A stretch of 64,000 nt of DNA from Octopus sinensis (taxonomy: Eukaryota): positions 187,729 through 251,728 of the forward strand of contig NW_021836130.1 of assembly GCF_006345805.1 (NCBI RefSeq). The letters run 5' to 3'. The notes under the pieces are model-generated. The model was not told the origin of the DNA. It saw only the letters and a list, made by a program, of their open reading frames with translations, and did no database searches. Position numbers and translations under genes: made by a program. Below, one piece after another: positions 25,702-38,547 of this stretch (position 1 is its first letter; every line of letters starts with the position of its first letter).

Positions 25702-28237
25702 CACAAAATAGAATAATAAAATTAATTAAAAAATTTAATTATTCAAAAAATAATTTAGTTTAATATTCTAACATCAAAGAATTTCATTTTTTAAATAAAT
25801 AGACATTTAAGGTTTCCACCATAAGGACTAGCCTATAAAAAGAAAAAGGAAATAAGAAATAAAACGTTGGAAATCACGTTGGATGTTATGTTCTGTGAGA
25901 TACTTCTAAAAAGACATTTATATTTTTATGACCAATTGAAATTCAAACAAAAAGCTTTTGCTACTGCTTCGGAGTGTCTTTTTTTTGATTTTTGAACTCA
26001 ACAACTTTGCTCATTTTACTGTCCTATCCGAACACCTCATTTTACTGTTAGAAGATGTGATCATCTATATGACACTGATAGTTAGAAACGGAAATTTTAG
26101 ATCATGTTATATGCTGATAAATAAAATTTAGTCAATCGAATAATTCATTTCCCTAATTAATGTCACCGGTGGTCTTATATTTTTGTGTTGTTAATACATC
26201 TGAGCCTAAAAGTCAGCTTAGTGCCGCCGTATTGAGTAGCAGTTTCCGCAAAGCACAGTGACCGATATTTTCTGAAAAAGCCAGCTAACCAAATTGTACA
26301 TTTGGATAACTTTTTTTATTTTGTAACAAATTCCTTACCATAAATATGGATGTATCCCACATCTTTTCAGGGTATTTTAAAAGAACTTTTCCCGATACAC
26401 CGAGGAGACCCTAACCCTAAAAATGCAGCGATCAATCACTTCTATTTTTAGATACCACAAACAATGTATTTTAGATACCGCAAACAGTATACACCAATGG
26501 TAAAATCAGTCATATCTTTTGGGATATTTTTAAATAAACAAATGTTTCAGGAAAGTATGGGATTCTTAAATTTTACAACAATGAGGTTGGTTTTTATATT
26601 TTAACTCTTTCGTGTCAATTTCAAATTCTTTATCCTAAAAATAAGAAAATGCGAACGACAATCAAAATTTCAGTAAAAAGTTAAATTCAACGTGCACGGA
26701 CATGTTTTCTCATTTGTCATTTATCCTGCCATTGGAAACTCAGAAGTAATCTGCTGTAAAGGCAAAAACAGGACTTGACAACTACTAACTTCTGACTTTA
26801 TAAATGACATCAGAAATAAGATCGGCTTCCAAAAGAGATGCCACGTGCAATATGATGGCTTTGGTAGAAAATCTTGATCGTCATAATGACATAAGAATCC
26901 ACAATTATTAAATGGAATTTGTTTTTCTACATTTTCATTCATTATTGGTTTATGTTGACGACTTTTATAAATCGGATTATGATTGATGAAAGCTTTGGAT
27001 ATTGACATAAATTTTATAATCTAGAAAATAATCCTGATAATTGGAACTAGTTTGAAAAAGGCAAAATAACTGAAAAAATATAATTTATGATTTTAAATAT
27101 TGAAAGTGAGACTCAAATTATTTTTGGGAAATCAAAAAGAAAATTTCGTAATTAATGTACGTAAAATAATAGAAAAAACCAATATTCTCTTATTCTTGTA
27201 ATTATTGTTTTTCATAAAATGATTTTATGACAGCAATATTCACGTCTATTGAGAAATAAATGAATTACCTTATTATATTTTTACAATTGGCCAATTTTAA
27301 TTGGAAGTCCATTGTGTTTCAACTATAAAAAACAATTCCCCGACAAAATACACTCCACTGCCAGTTACTATAAAGTACTAGTTTAATTCAAAGTGAGAAA
27401 GACCAATCATTTTTAAAGATATAATACATCTACTTATTGAAGAAAGAATTAAAAGTTTTAATTAAGACCATATGAGTTAATATTATTAGTGATATAATAT
27501 GATTGACTCAATTTTTATATAATCAAAAATGAATGTATTTTTGGTAAAATAAATATTTTTTAGGATATAAAATGGGTATTTGCACGTGCACAAATCAAAG
27601 CGGTTTGATTGATGTTCCAGCAATTGATAAATGATATTGTCTTCATTCCTTGTTCAATATTTTAATAATTATATAGCGTTTCCTATCATCTACCATCTTT
27701 AATCGTCAATAAGCGAATGTCGATTTGTGGCTTAATACTTGCATTGTTGGCATATTTACTTCAATTCTTTAATGCCTTGGATACGAAAGTAATTCAGATT
27801 TTGAATTGGGTCAGCCTATTGTTTCCACTTTCCGTCATCCCATTAATAAAACCTCAATAACAAAGAGTTTTTCTATTCAGCTGTGATTTATTGCCTAAAA
27901 TCCAATATTTATGGCTCCCTTTTGTTCCCACAAGTGCATATTTCAATACCGCACTTAAAACCAATTTAACCCAAAAAATTATTTTACGTGTAGAAAAACA
28001 TTAAAAATTCCCCGAATATTTGATGTTGAGATATTTTAAAAAAGGGGATGAGCTTTAATTTTACGGTTGAATGTTTAAAGACATATTTTGTTGAAAAATA
28101 AAATACGCGTCGTCAGGGCGGCGTATAAACGCGTTATTTCGACTATTCAAGAGAACAAATGGTCATTGTTTCGCAAACAAAGTTTGAGTGTGGAGATTTT
28201 GTTGCTCTTATTATTTTCATAATAATTTATAGAGTAA

Positions 28238-29167
28238 ATGGAACAGCATAAATTGATGTCTATTCAACAATTGGAATACAATCAGAATGATTCAACGGGT
28301 AATTTATTATCAAAGAAATACCACGAAAATTATAATTCTCATTACAAATTCAATGTTTCTAATAACTTGGAAAAAGTGTACTCCGCTCCACAAATGGAAT
28401 ACAATTCAATCTCCGATAAATTTGAAAACAATCCTCAATCAACTTCGATTGTTAACTACCAGCAAGAACAGAACGTTGAAAGTGCTCCAATTTCGAATGG
28501 AAAAAATAGAATCAAGAGACCAATGAATTCGTTTATGGTCTGGTCGAGAGTTCAACGTAAAAAAATGTCTTCGGAAAATCCAAAAATGCATAATTCTGAA
28601 ATTTCAAAAAGATTGGGAAATAATTGGAAGATGTTATCCGAGGAAGACAAAAAACCTTTCGTCGAAGAGTCCAGAAGACTTCGAACTATCCACATGCGAG
28701 ACTACCCGGACTATAAATACAGACCACGTAGAAAAAACAAAAATCTGGCAAAAAAGGACCATCATTTTATTCCTATGGACATGACACATCAAGTTGTGTC
28801 ACATCCTATATCCAGTCATAGCATGAATATCAGTGAAAATTATTTCCCTGAAAATGGCAACTTTACGAGACCCCCATTGACTGATTTGTACTCTCAACAA
28901 AATCCATTTAACTATCAAGCATATTCCAACTTTGGAACTAGTTTCCAAAACGGACAATTCCCTCACAATCCAAACGCATTTGTCCAATATCAGCAAATGT
29001 CGAATTTTATTCCTCAAATCAACCCTGAGAATGGAATACAGCTGGCATCCAGTTTTGACTACTATCGAAATTCCTTACAAAATAATCAAGAAACAACCGA
29101 TTATTCAATTTACCAATCAAGATATGACCCACAACGTCGACATAACTCTGGAAAAGTTTTTTTTTAA
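28238..29167 (+). CDS. SoxB: SoxB-group HMG-box transcription factor, intronless
   Basis: [37 protein letters not shown]...[15 protein letters not shown]. Confidence 0.93.
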   Translation: MEQHKLMSIQQLEYNQNDSTGNLLSKKYHENYNSHYKFNVSNNLEKVYSAPQMEYNSISDKFENNPQSTSIVNYQQEQNVESAPISNGKNRIKRPMNSFMVWSRVQRKKMSSENPKMHNSEISKRLGNNWKMLSEEDKKPFVEESRRLRTIHMRDYPDYKYRPRRKNKNLAKKDHHFIPMDMTHQVVSHPISSHSMNISENYFPENGNFTRPPLTDLYSQQNPFNYQAYSNFGTSFQNGQFPHNPNAFVQYQQMSNFIPQINPENGIQLASSFDYYRNSLQNNQETTDYSIYQSRYDPQRRHNSGKVFF

Positions 29168-29867
29168 TAATATTTCTGTAGTTTCAAATGGATCACACTC
29201 ACCACTAATGTGCTATGCAATACTAGGCTTAGCAAAACTATTTTATTTTATACGATTTTACTAACGGTTTTACTACAATTTTGTTTTATTTTTCTATGTA
29301 CAATTCATTTTTAGACCAAATTTCCATAAAAATCTTATTCATTGTCCATAAATAGAAATTATGAGGGTTAAATAATTCTTGGGCGTTTTTTATTAACTAA
29401 AACAAAAAATGAAATATTTGAATGCAATAAACTCTCTCGAATCCGTCATTTTTTAAATAAAAATACAAATTTCTTAGGGAAATTCTCGAATTCCCCCAAA
29501 AAAGAAATATTTGAATATTTCCAAAAAGACACAAAAATTATTTGATCAAATTTCTAAACCACATATCAAGTATTATATATGGGACAAAGTCAGTAAGCAC
29601 TGCTAATAAGAAAAGTTAACAACTCTGTCATTATGAGCCCGATTAATACTAAATTCTAATAGAACTGATTCCCAGAGGCTTTGTAGCAAGTTTGTAGTGA
29701 TGGCTTACTGTGGGGGGTGAAGTAGATATTAAAAACAATAAGAATCAGAATAATTTTTCTATTTTTTTTTCTATGGTTAATATTTGAAGTTTTTTATTAT
29801 CTTTAATATTTTTAAATACATAATTAAAAACCTGAGTTTCAGTTGTTGTGCGTAGTTGTTCGAAATA

Positions 29868-30502
29868 ATGTCAGAAAACGGTAATGGAACTATCAGCAAA
29901 AATCCAGACAATTTTGATCATTTTATAAAAGCCGAATTTGTGGTATAAAAAATAAATTTCCAAATTTATTCCAGGAAGACGTAGATTCCTTCATGGAACT
30001 CAATAAAGGGGACGCACAAGGAGCACTCGAACGATTCCAAGATCTACACAGGAAATTCAGATACATCGAATCAAACTTTTCTCTAAGCAAATCTCGGTTT
30101 AAATCATTGATCCTCAACATCAAGTTACCTGAAACAAATCCCCGACTTTACGGCTTCCTTGGACTCAGTAAGACACCTAAAGACGCTGAGTGGAGACGAG
30201 GATCTCACGTGCAGTTATCTGCTTTGTAGTCAGGTCTATTCGAAGGCTCGAATAAGCTCAGTATCGAGTGTGTATTTACTGCTGGGAGTATAAATGTGTT
30301 ATAAAGGATGCAGGCGAATATAATGATGGAATATGAGTTGGATGAGGCAGAAGCATTTTTAGACAAGAACTATAAGGAAGCACTCGGACAGATTGCCAAG
30401 TTGGATGAGCGGCTCAACTATATTCAGGACCAGAAGACTATTCTGGAAGTCAATATGAGCAGGATCTTTATTTGGCAAACAAATCGTGATAAAAATGTCT
30501 AA
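29868..30502 (+). CDS. VBP1: Prefoldin subunit 3 (VBP1), multi-exon
   Basis: AEFV|EDVDSF, LHRKFRYIE, VYLLLG|ANIMMEYELDEAEAFL..N, LNYIQDQKTILEVNMSRIF; local indels. Confidence 0.9.
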
Positions 30503-30696
30503 TTTGTTTGATTATTATGCTCTTATTTGTTTTTTTATTTTTTGAGAGGACTTGGTGATTTTTGGACAGGGGATATAAGGGGGGAGAGATAGAATCTTAT
30601 TTTTGTGTTTTGTTCTTTTTTTGTATCATTGTAGACCATATACCAAAAAATTAGGACAATTTTTTTATTTTTGACATGAATTTTTAGCACGTGCCA

Positions 30697-32090
30697 TTGT
30701 TGTTATAGCACTTCCCATAGGAACAAGAACAGAATAAGTCATATTCACGTGCCACATATGATACGACCTGCTTAACCACCGTTTTCCACTTTCTGCGGAT
30801 TTGGGCCTGTCTGCAGAGTTCGTCCAGATATCGCAATTGTTTAGGGTTTTTCATGTTGCAGAACAGCCGTCAGTTTGTTCCTTAGTTCGGTATCAGAAAT
30901 GCCCCATGTAGATGAATTATACATTAAGACGGGTTTTACAAAGGCATTGTAGATTCTGAGCGTAGTGAGAGGTCAATTTCTTAGCCAGTTTTTCATGACG
31001 GTTTTTATAGCAGCAGCGGCCAGAGTTTTTCTGCGCATTATGTTCTCCCGGTCTCCAAGCAGTGAGCCAAACTTCTTTGACAGTCTCCATAAGCTGAATA
31101 TTCGAAGATGACATCGGTCTTGTTCATAATTAGGAACCATTCTCCGAGTTTTCCAGGTGGAATTTCCAATAGTCGACACAAAGTCATCAGCGTAAATTAG
31201 TTTGGTGATTGGCCCCTCATATAAGCTTCTCAACTCTCGCAAGGCAGCCTTGAAGTAGATCACAAACAGCAGAGGCAAGAGAAAGTCGCCTTGAGAGGTT
31301 CCCAGGAAAGGTCTGGACGATGTTGTTCCAAGACGAACAGCAAGTTTCGTCTTTGTCAGTAATACTCTTATCATTTTGATGTCATCTTTGTTTAAACTCT
31401 TCATGAGTAAATCTCGACGCTTTTGACATATCGATGTCTTTTTATATCTTTGGTGGGTTGTGAACCGCAATCGGTGACTCCACAGGACGTCTGCAGTTGA
31501 ACGTCCTTCATTAAACCATTGTGATTTGGAGACAGAAATCTGTCCTTGATTCAATCCAGCACAATCAATGAGAGAATCTTCCTGAGGCAGTTCAGCAGAA
31601 TGACTGGGCAGAGGTTTTCTACTGCGCCAACGGACTTGTCCGACTTTTGAATAGGAATTAGGACCCCAGAGCCAAGCAGGAGTAAGTCGTTCGTGGCAAA
31701 CATATTGTTGAGTATATTCTTAATGTTCCAAATTTCTATTTTCGGACAAGGAATAAGATTTTATGAAAATTAGGTCTAAAATGAATTGATTGTCCGTATT
31801 TCAGAAGCTTCGCATTGATGTCGTCGATTGTTTTTAAGCCTGCTAACTGCCTTTGTAAACTCCGGCAAGTGATTATATTCCTCAGGAATCGCAGTGAGCC
31901 AGAGAAAAACAAAATTGGCTCAGTGTTGTTAAAATAAATCCGCTATAAGCCTCGCCTGTTCCCCCGAGTACGATATTACAGTTCCTTTGTTGGTTGAGAG
32001 CTGAAATTTGGAGCTTCTTTTCTTTCTCTAAACAGCCAGACACATTCGTGCATTATTTTTGAAGGTTTCCAGTTCCTTGAGACAAGAAGT
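30697..32090 (-). mobile_element. Degenerate RTE-like non-LTR retrotransposon
   Basis: GTSQGDFLLPLLFVIY, YADD-like motif, FGSLLGDRENIMRRKTLA; 3' UTR matches copies at 4455 and 10287; internal deletion near 30860. Confidence 0.8.
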
Positions 32091-33115
32091 TAAAATATTC
32101 CGGCCATATTGAAAGTTTAGGCTTTCCAGTTTTGTGATATTTCACACAATTTTTTCCAAACCTGTTTAATAAAAAAGCTTATTTTTTATCAAATTAATAA
32201 AAATGGACTATTTTCATAAATCGGAATACCCATGGAAACACAAGTAAATAATGTGCGAGGCAAAGAAGAACGCTGAAACGACTTATAAATCCACTTACTG
32301 CATTCCAAGTCAAATGCCGGGGTAAATGTGAACTAACTAAGCCATGGCAGCTACCTAGGACACGTGCCGACAGCAAAGTATCGTTTTGGGGACACATTTG
32401 GGAATATAAGTGCGGATTATTTTATTTATAATCGTCTCAAATGCGTGGAGGAGTCTGGGAGTATTAAAGGAGGGTCGATTCCCACGTATTTCACAAACAG
32501 ACCCAACCTTGTTTGGGAAGCACGACAAAACACTCGAAAAGCTAATTTTCCTAAAAATTATTTCGACTTTTTAAATTCGTCCCCGAAAAAAATGGCCGAA
32601 ATGAACGAATTTTATGAGGTTTTGCTATTTTTTGAATTAAATAGAAAGTACAACAACACAGAATGTCGTACAAGGACAAATGCCGCAGAGGACCAGGACT
32701 TTGTCACTTTTCCATTCCCGACAACTATAATAACAGAACACCCTATTAACTATTAAAATATACTAATATCAATTTTCTGGGTTTTCATAAACATCATAAA
32801 TATTTTTTTTATAAACTAAAAAATATTCTCAGAATAAAATTAAGAAAGTTTCAACTGTAAATTAAAAAATGGTTTTTCATGTGACTTAATGAAAATAGCC
32901 AGCATGTGAATTATAAATTATAATTTATTGACAAAGTGTAACCACAAAAAAATTATTAAAAAAATAATGGACAAATTATTTAAAAAATAAAAATAAATTA
33001 AAAAATTGTTGAACATTTAGAATAAAAAAAAAAATTTATAAAAAAAAAATTTAGAATAAAATAAAACTTAATCCGAAAAAAATACACTATTTTGTGGTAT
33101 CTAATCAGTGACTTG

Positions 33116-34466
33116 ATGTCATCAGTTGACAAATCTAATCTAAAATACACAATGGCCAAATTAGGCCTCCTCCACCACTACTATCCCCTCAAAAGTAAAA
33201 TCTCCGAGTACACCCACCCTCTTATACCAATAGACATTCTCAACTGAGTATTAAACTCATCAAATCAGTGGGAATAAACAAGAATTCTGCACGAATATTA
33301 ATAAAAGCAATAAACCAATCCACATCTGCTGATTCCGTCATTTGTGTGCCACATGAGGACATAACATACACACGCCTCATCGGCAGTGGACAGAGCACGA
33401 CTGTCCATGAAGGATTTATGGCCGGAATGAGAGTGGCAGTCAAATCTATTGACACAAAACCCTCCAAACTGGACAGAAATATGTTCATTAGTCTGGAACA
33501 TGCCAATTTAGTCCAGTTAATAGGCCTAACAGTCGAATCCCCACTCCTCATAATCACCACATTTATCCAAGGGGGGACCCTTAGAGAATTTCTGAATGAT
33601 CAACCCATTCTCCCCCCAATAAACAGACTCCTACACTTTTCAAGACAAATAGCCAGTGGAATGGCCTTTCTACATATCAATAATATTATCCATGGCTCTC
33701 TCTGTGCCAGCCAGGTCCTTCTTTCCCCAGCAAATGTGGTCAAAATAACCGATTATTACCTCCCATGTGACTTCTCTCTCAACAACCCAGCCTGGCGAGC
33801 CCCAGAACTTCTAGAATGTTCTAGAATAACCAAAGATGGTGACGTGTGGTCATTTGGAGTGACTGTTTGGGAAATATTTGCACATAAAACACCCCCCTGG
33901 GAAGGCTTTAGTCCCCAAGAATTGTTGGTGGCACACAAAGAGAAGACACTCCCTAAGAATGACACCTGTCCTTTCCCCTTAGAAGGCATCCTTAAGCGGA
34001 TTTGGGTCTCAAGGAAGAGACCTTCATTTATATCATTAATTCTACAACTAAATGATGTAATGAGTGGTGTATTGAGTGTAGATGTGTATTCCAGTGGTTG
34101 AGGCAAAGGACAGGTGGGAGAGGGGGCTGAAGGTGACAGCACGTGACTGTATTGCTGTGATTGATTGGAGGGATGACTATGAGTGGAGGGGACAGAATCT
34201 CAGAACTTTGCAAGTCGGGAATTTTCCCTCCAAGCTTGTGAGAATGGTTAAGTCAGTCAATCTGTTGACTTTGTTGAAGTTGGGAGGATTGTTCCGGGGA
34301 CTGTGTATCATGCAGGACACAGAGATATTGATGGGACTGGGTGGGGACAGTCATCACATGTTGATAGTTTGTATATCAGGTCTCAGGTTCGTCCCAGTAG
34401 TATTCGAGTGAGCTTGTTTTGTGACTATAATAGATGGCACCACAAGAATCATCTGATGAATATTGA
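33116..34466 (+). CDS. TNK2: ACK/TNK2-like protein (SAM - kinase - SH3 - CRIB) with pseudokinase signature
   Basis: SAM-like N-terminus; VAVK, WRAPE, DVWSFGVTVWEIF; SH3 WRGQNLRTLQVGNFP; CRIB-like VYHAGH..GWGQSSHVDSLYI; introns 33208-33233 and 34057-34081; one indel near 34250. Confidence 0.85.
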
Positions 34467-34699
34467 TATATTTATTTTATTTTAGTTGTTTAATTTTTAT
34501 ATAAATTTTTTAACTTTATATTATTTATTGTAAAAAATAACTACATTAAAATAAAGAAAAATTGTTTATTTTAAATTTTAATAAAGTGTTAATTTAATTT
34601 TATAAGTATTAGTAAAAAGTAAATATTATATTAAAAAGTAATAAAATATATTAAAAATAAATAAAACAATTTTATTAATCGTAGTGGTACAACAAAAAT

Positions 34700-36338
34700 A
34701 TGATAACAGAAGATTCCATTTCCCGGCCAAACGTAAAACTGACCTTCGACGGAAAACGTTTAAGAAAGTCATTATACCGTAAAACAATCGACTATAACTC
34801 CTCTGCCCTCTACTATGTACAAAACAGACACATCTCAAAATTCCCTGGCCGAAGAAAGCAGTGCATTCAACCAAACGAATTATACGCCTTCCAAGTAATA
34901 AAAACAAATAAAACAACCAGACAAGAAAGCCCTGCCCTTCTCTATCCAGTGCAGTCTCAGTCACGTGCACTCGATTTGTCAAACAAGCCACCAACAAGAA
35001 GAGGTGTCCAATCTACACTGTCATGGTCAGTGGGCTAAATATGACTAGTGGACTCCCGATGGCCGGAGATTGACCACAGGCTCGGCCAGTGGAGAATTCA
35101 CCCTCTGGAATGGCCTGGTTTTCAATTTCGAGACAATTTTGCAAGTTGGTGATATTTTAAAGCAGTAGGCCCACGATGAGGCAATTCAGGCAATGGCGTG
35201 GAGTCACAACGACAACTGGCTGGTCTCGGGGGACAGTCTGGGCTTCCTTAAATACTGGCAGCCCAACATGAACAACGTAAAAATGTTCCAGGCCCACAAG
35301 GAGTCAGTCAGATCACTGTCCTTCTCCCCCAACGACGTCAAATTCGCCTCCTCCTCCAACGATGGGACAGTGAGGGTCTGGGATTTCATATCCTGTCGAG
35401 AAGAGAGGATATTCCGTGGTATTCTCAGTAGGGGAGTGTAGAACACGGAGCGGATGTGTCCTCCGTGGATTGGCACCCTCAAATGGGGCTCCTCGTCTCC
35501 GGAAGTAGGGATTCCCAACGTCCAATCAAGTTTTGGGACCCCCGGACTGAGACTAGTCTGAGGACACTGTAGAAATATATATAGGAGGGTTTAGTCACGT
35601 GCATAAGGCAGGGGTGACTCATGTCCGGTGGAGTGTGGACGGGAATCGACTACTGTCGGGATCGGAGGACAGGACGATCAAATTATTTGATACGAGGAAG
35701 CTGAGTGTGGCAATTCAGTCATTTGTGGGGCACAAGAAGGAAGTGAGTGGTACCCTTATTGGGGGAGTTGTAGTATTGGAGTGGCATCCGCTTTATGGGG
35801 ATGTATTTGCGAGTGGGGGGAATGATGGGTCTATTTTCTACTGGTCGGTGGGGACTGAGAAGGAGATTGGGGTGGTGCAGGACGCCCATGACAGTACTGT
35901 GTGGTCACTGTCGTGGCATCCTCTCGGCCATTTGCTTGTTTCTGGGTCGAATGACCATTCTATTAAGTTCTGGACGCGTTATCAGCCTGGGGATCAATCT
36001 CAGCTTGAGTTTGTGGCCAATGGAGGGACTAATCGAGAGGAGGAAGGAGAGTCAGATGTGCTGACTATTCTCAGTGATATGCAAAATTGTAAATATGTGG
36101 GGAAAATACCTGGTTTGGAGGGGACTGAGCCACTCGAGGTTCCTCGGAGGCCGGTTCCTGTTTACAGTCGGCCATCTGGTTCTCGCTTTTCTGGTCCTTC
36201 GTGTATTTATTTGTGTTTATATGATAGATGGAATGAACTATGGCCAGTTTCGTGGGGATTATTGTTTGGATTGTTTATAATGTTGTAGATGACAGTCATC
36301 AAAGCAACCTGGGAGAGTTCAATGACCGTCCTTATTAG
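34700..36338 (+). CDS. WDR33: Pre-mRNA 3'-end processing WD40 protein WDR33/Pfs2, multi-exon
   Basis: [50 protein letters not shown]|[42 protein letters not shown]. Confidence 0.95.
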
Positions 36339-36366
36339 TTTTTGTATATTCGGTAACAAAATAAAC

Positions 36367-36965
36367 AAATTGTGTCTCATTCTAGTCAATTAAATAGGCA
36401 TAAGAGATATCCTCTCCCATTAGTTGTGACTAATCGAGAGTAGGAAGGAGAGTCCGAAGTGAACTGAATAGACAAAATTTGTCTCATTCACGTGAACTGA
36501 ATAGGCATTTATTGAGAGCTATCCACTCTCCCATTAAAGATACATGAACGAATAACGAATTATAGAAAAGCAAGATAGTTGAATAAAATTGTGTCTCAAT
36601 CAAGTCAGCTATATAAGCATTTATTGAGAGCTCTCCTCTCCCATTAGTAGTAAAATACTTAAATGAAATCGTGTCTCATTCAAGTCAACTAAATAGGCAA
36701 CTTGTGTGCTATTCTAGTCAACTAAATGGGCATTTATTGAGAGCTATCCTCTTCCATTAGTAGTAAGATAGTTGAATGAAATTGTGTATCATTTTGGTCA
36801 ACAAAATAGACAAATTTTGTCTCATTCAAGTGAACTGAATGGGCATTTAAAAACTATCCACTCTCCCATTAGTAGCAAGATACTTAAATGAAATTGTGTT
36901 TTATTTTAGTCAACTAAATACGCATTTGAGAGTTATCCATTGAAATTGTGTCTTATTCAAGTCAA
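36367..36965. repeat. Imperfect composite minisatellite (about 33-bp A and about 45-bp B subunits)
   Basis: Recurrent AAATTGTGTCTCATTCAAGTCAACTAAATAGGC and ATTTATTGAGAGCTATCCTCTCCCATTAGTAGTAAGATAGTTGAATG. Confidence 0.9.
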
Positions 36966-37297
36966 ACTATTTTATCAAAGCAAAAATCAAAAAAATTAGT
37001 TAGATTAATAATTATTCTCTTTTTTCATTCATAATGAAAAATTTATTTCAGATATTCAATCATTTTAAACAGCCGTTAAATATGATAATTAATTAACAAT
37101 TAATGATAAATTCATGAAATGCCACTTTTATTAAAAAAATAAGCGCTTATCTGGTTAAAAAAACTGTATTATTAATTTAATTTCATAAAATGCAGAAATC
37201 TAAAAAACAAATAAGACAAATCAGAGATCCTTCACATCAAACGTCTATTCTGGTTCTACTCGAATTTTTGGTAGGAAATGAAAATAGCATTGTATTA

Positions 37298-37318
37298 TGT
37301 CACAGTCCGAATAAAATC
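37298..37318 (+). mobile_element. Solo Ginger2-like TIR (family of 49637-50282)
   Basis: TGTCACAGTCCGAATAAAAT identical to that element's right terminus. Confidence 0.75.
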
Positions 37319-37517
37319 GACACCGAATAATTACATTCTTTAATTTTACTAAAATTAAACTTGTTCTAACCCTCTTCTGATATAGTTTTTTGTTCTTTGT
37401 GTAATTTCATTATAAAATCCGCGACTCTATACTAAATCTTTGGGTATTTAAAAGCTATCCACTCTCCATTAAAGATACATGAACAAATTATAGAAAAGCA
37501 TTTAAAACAGAATGAAC

Positions 37518-38547
37518 TTAGGTCATATATTGGTTAAAAATTGTCTTTATTTGGGCCAACTCGGCTTCCTGAGATTTGAAAATCAGAAAACCTTGGCATT
37601 GAGACAACTCACCAAATAGGCATTCTTCATCTCAATCTTGCGATAATTTTCCTCGACAGCAGCCACATCAGTGCTATGTTGATTACCCATTTCACAAATA
37701 GCCGAATTAGCCCTACAACCATAATACACCCATCCTAACTCCTCAAGCTTATTCTGCGCCTTCTCCAACAACAAATTATATTTTTCTGTCAGTTTTTCTA
37801 CTTCTTTGTTCAACAAGCCATTCGTCGACTCCAGTTCTGACCGAGCCTATCGAATAGACCCCTCTCCCAAACTTGCTCAGACTCTACCAGGAGACCACGA
37901 GCCTTCTCAAATCGGTCGTGGAGGTTATGAAATGAGGCTTCCAGTGCCGTGTAGTCATTCTTCATAAATTCCACGTTTTTCTTCAAATTGAGCTCAGATT
38001 CTCGCCATTTCGCAACCTCCGACTCATATTTGTCTATTTTTTGGCAAAAAAACTCCAAACCCATGATTTCAAGGGTCGTTGATTTATACAGTGCTAAAAG
38101 CTGGTCTGCCAGAGTCCTTTTAGGGACATTCACCTCAGGAGACTGCTCCGGGAAGTCAGAAATGGCGGGAAATTCTATCGAATTGAGGTTTGTGCTGGAA
38201 GCTATAAAAGGATCGCCATTTTCTGGAGTAGGAATGTGGAGAGGGTCAAACTCCCGGAATATTGAGCTGGAGAGGGGCTTTGGGGACTACAGAAATGCTT
38301 AGTGCCCTCATACTTGTATCATATTTGTGTCTAAAAGATTATCTTATTAAATAAACCGTCGTTTTGTGTGTCTACAAGAATATGTCGAGTACTAAAATGT
38401 GATATTAATTAATTGCCTATCTTCCCGACTGAGGGGTGATTTGTAGTTGAATGATGTGATTTTGAGGTTAGTCTGGCTGTCTGAAGTTTTGTTTGACTGG
38501 TCAGACTCCAAACAGTTGTTTAGGCAATCTTCTGTTGAATTTTCCAT
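37518..38547 (-). CDS. TACC: TACC-domain (transforming acidic coiled-coil) protein, multi-exon
   Basis: C-terminal DYTALEASFHNLHDRFEKAR...KYNLLLEKAQNKLE..ANSAI...EAELAQIKTIFNQYMT resembles TACC domain; S/P-rich N-terminus. Confidence 0.72.

Noticed and set aside
26409-26420. CCCTAACCCTAA telomere-type repeat
   Set aside because: Only two units; insufficient for a telomere or chromosome-breakage site
32364-32756. 130-codon ORF next to the RTE remnant
   Set aside because: GTG start, no recognisable motif, TE-rich context; cannot be supported as a gene
36367-36965. CRISPR-like repeat-spacer appearance
   Set aside because: Eukaryotic context, no cas genes, degenerate repeats, and the intervening segments are mostly repeats of each other
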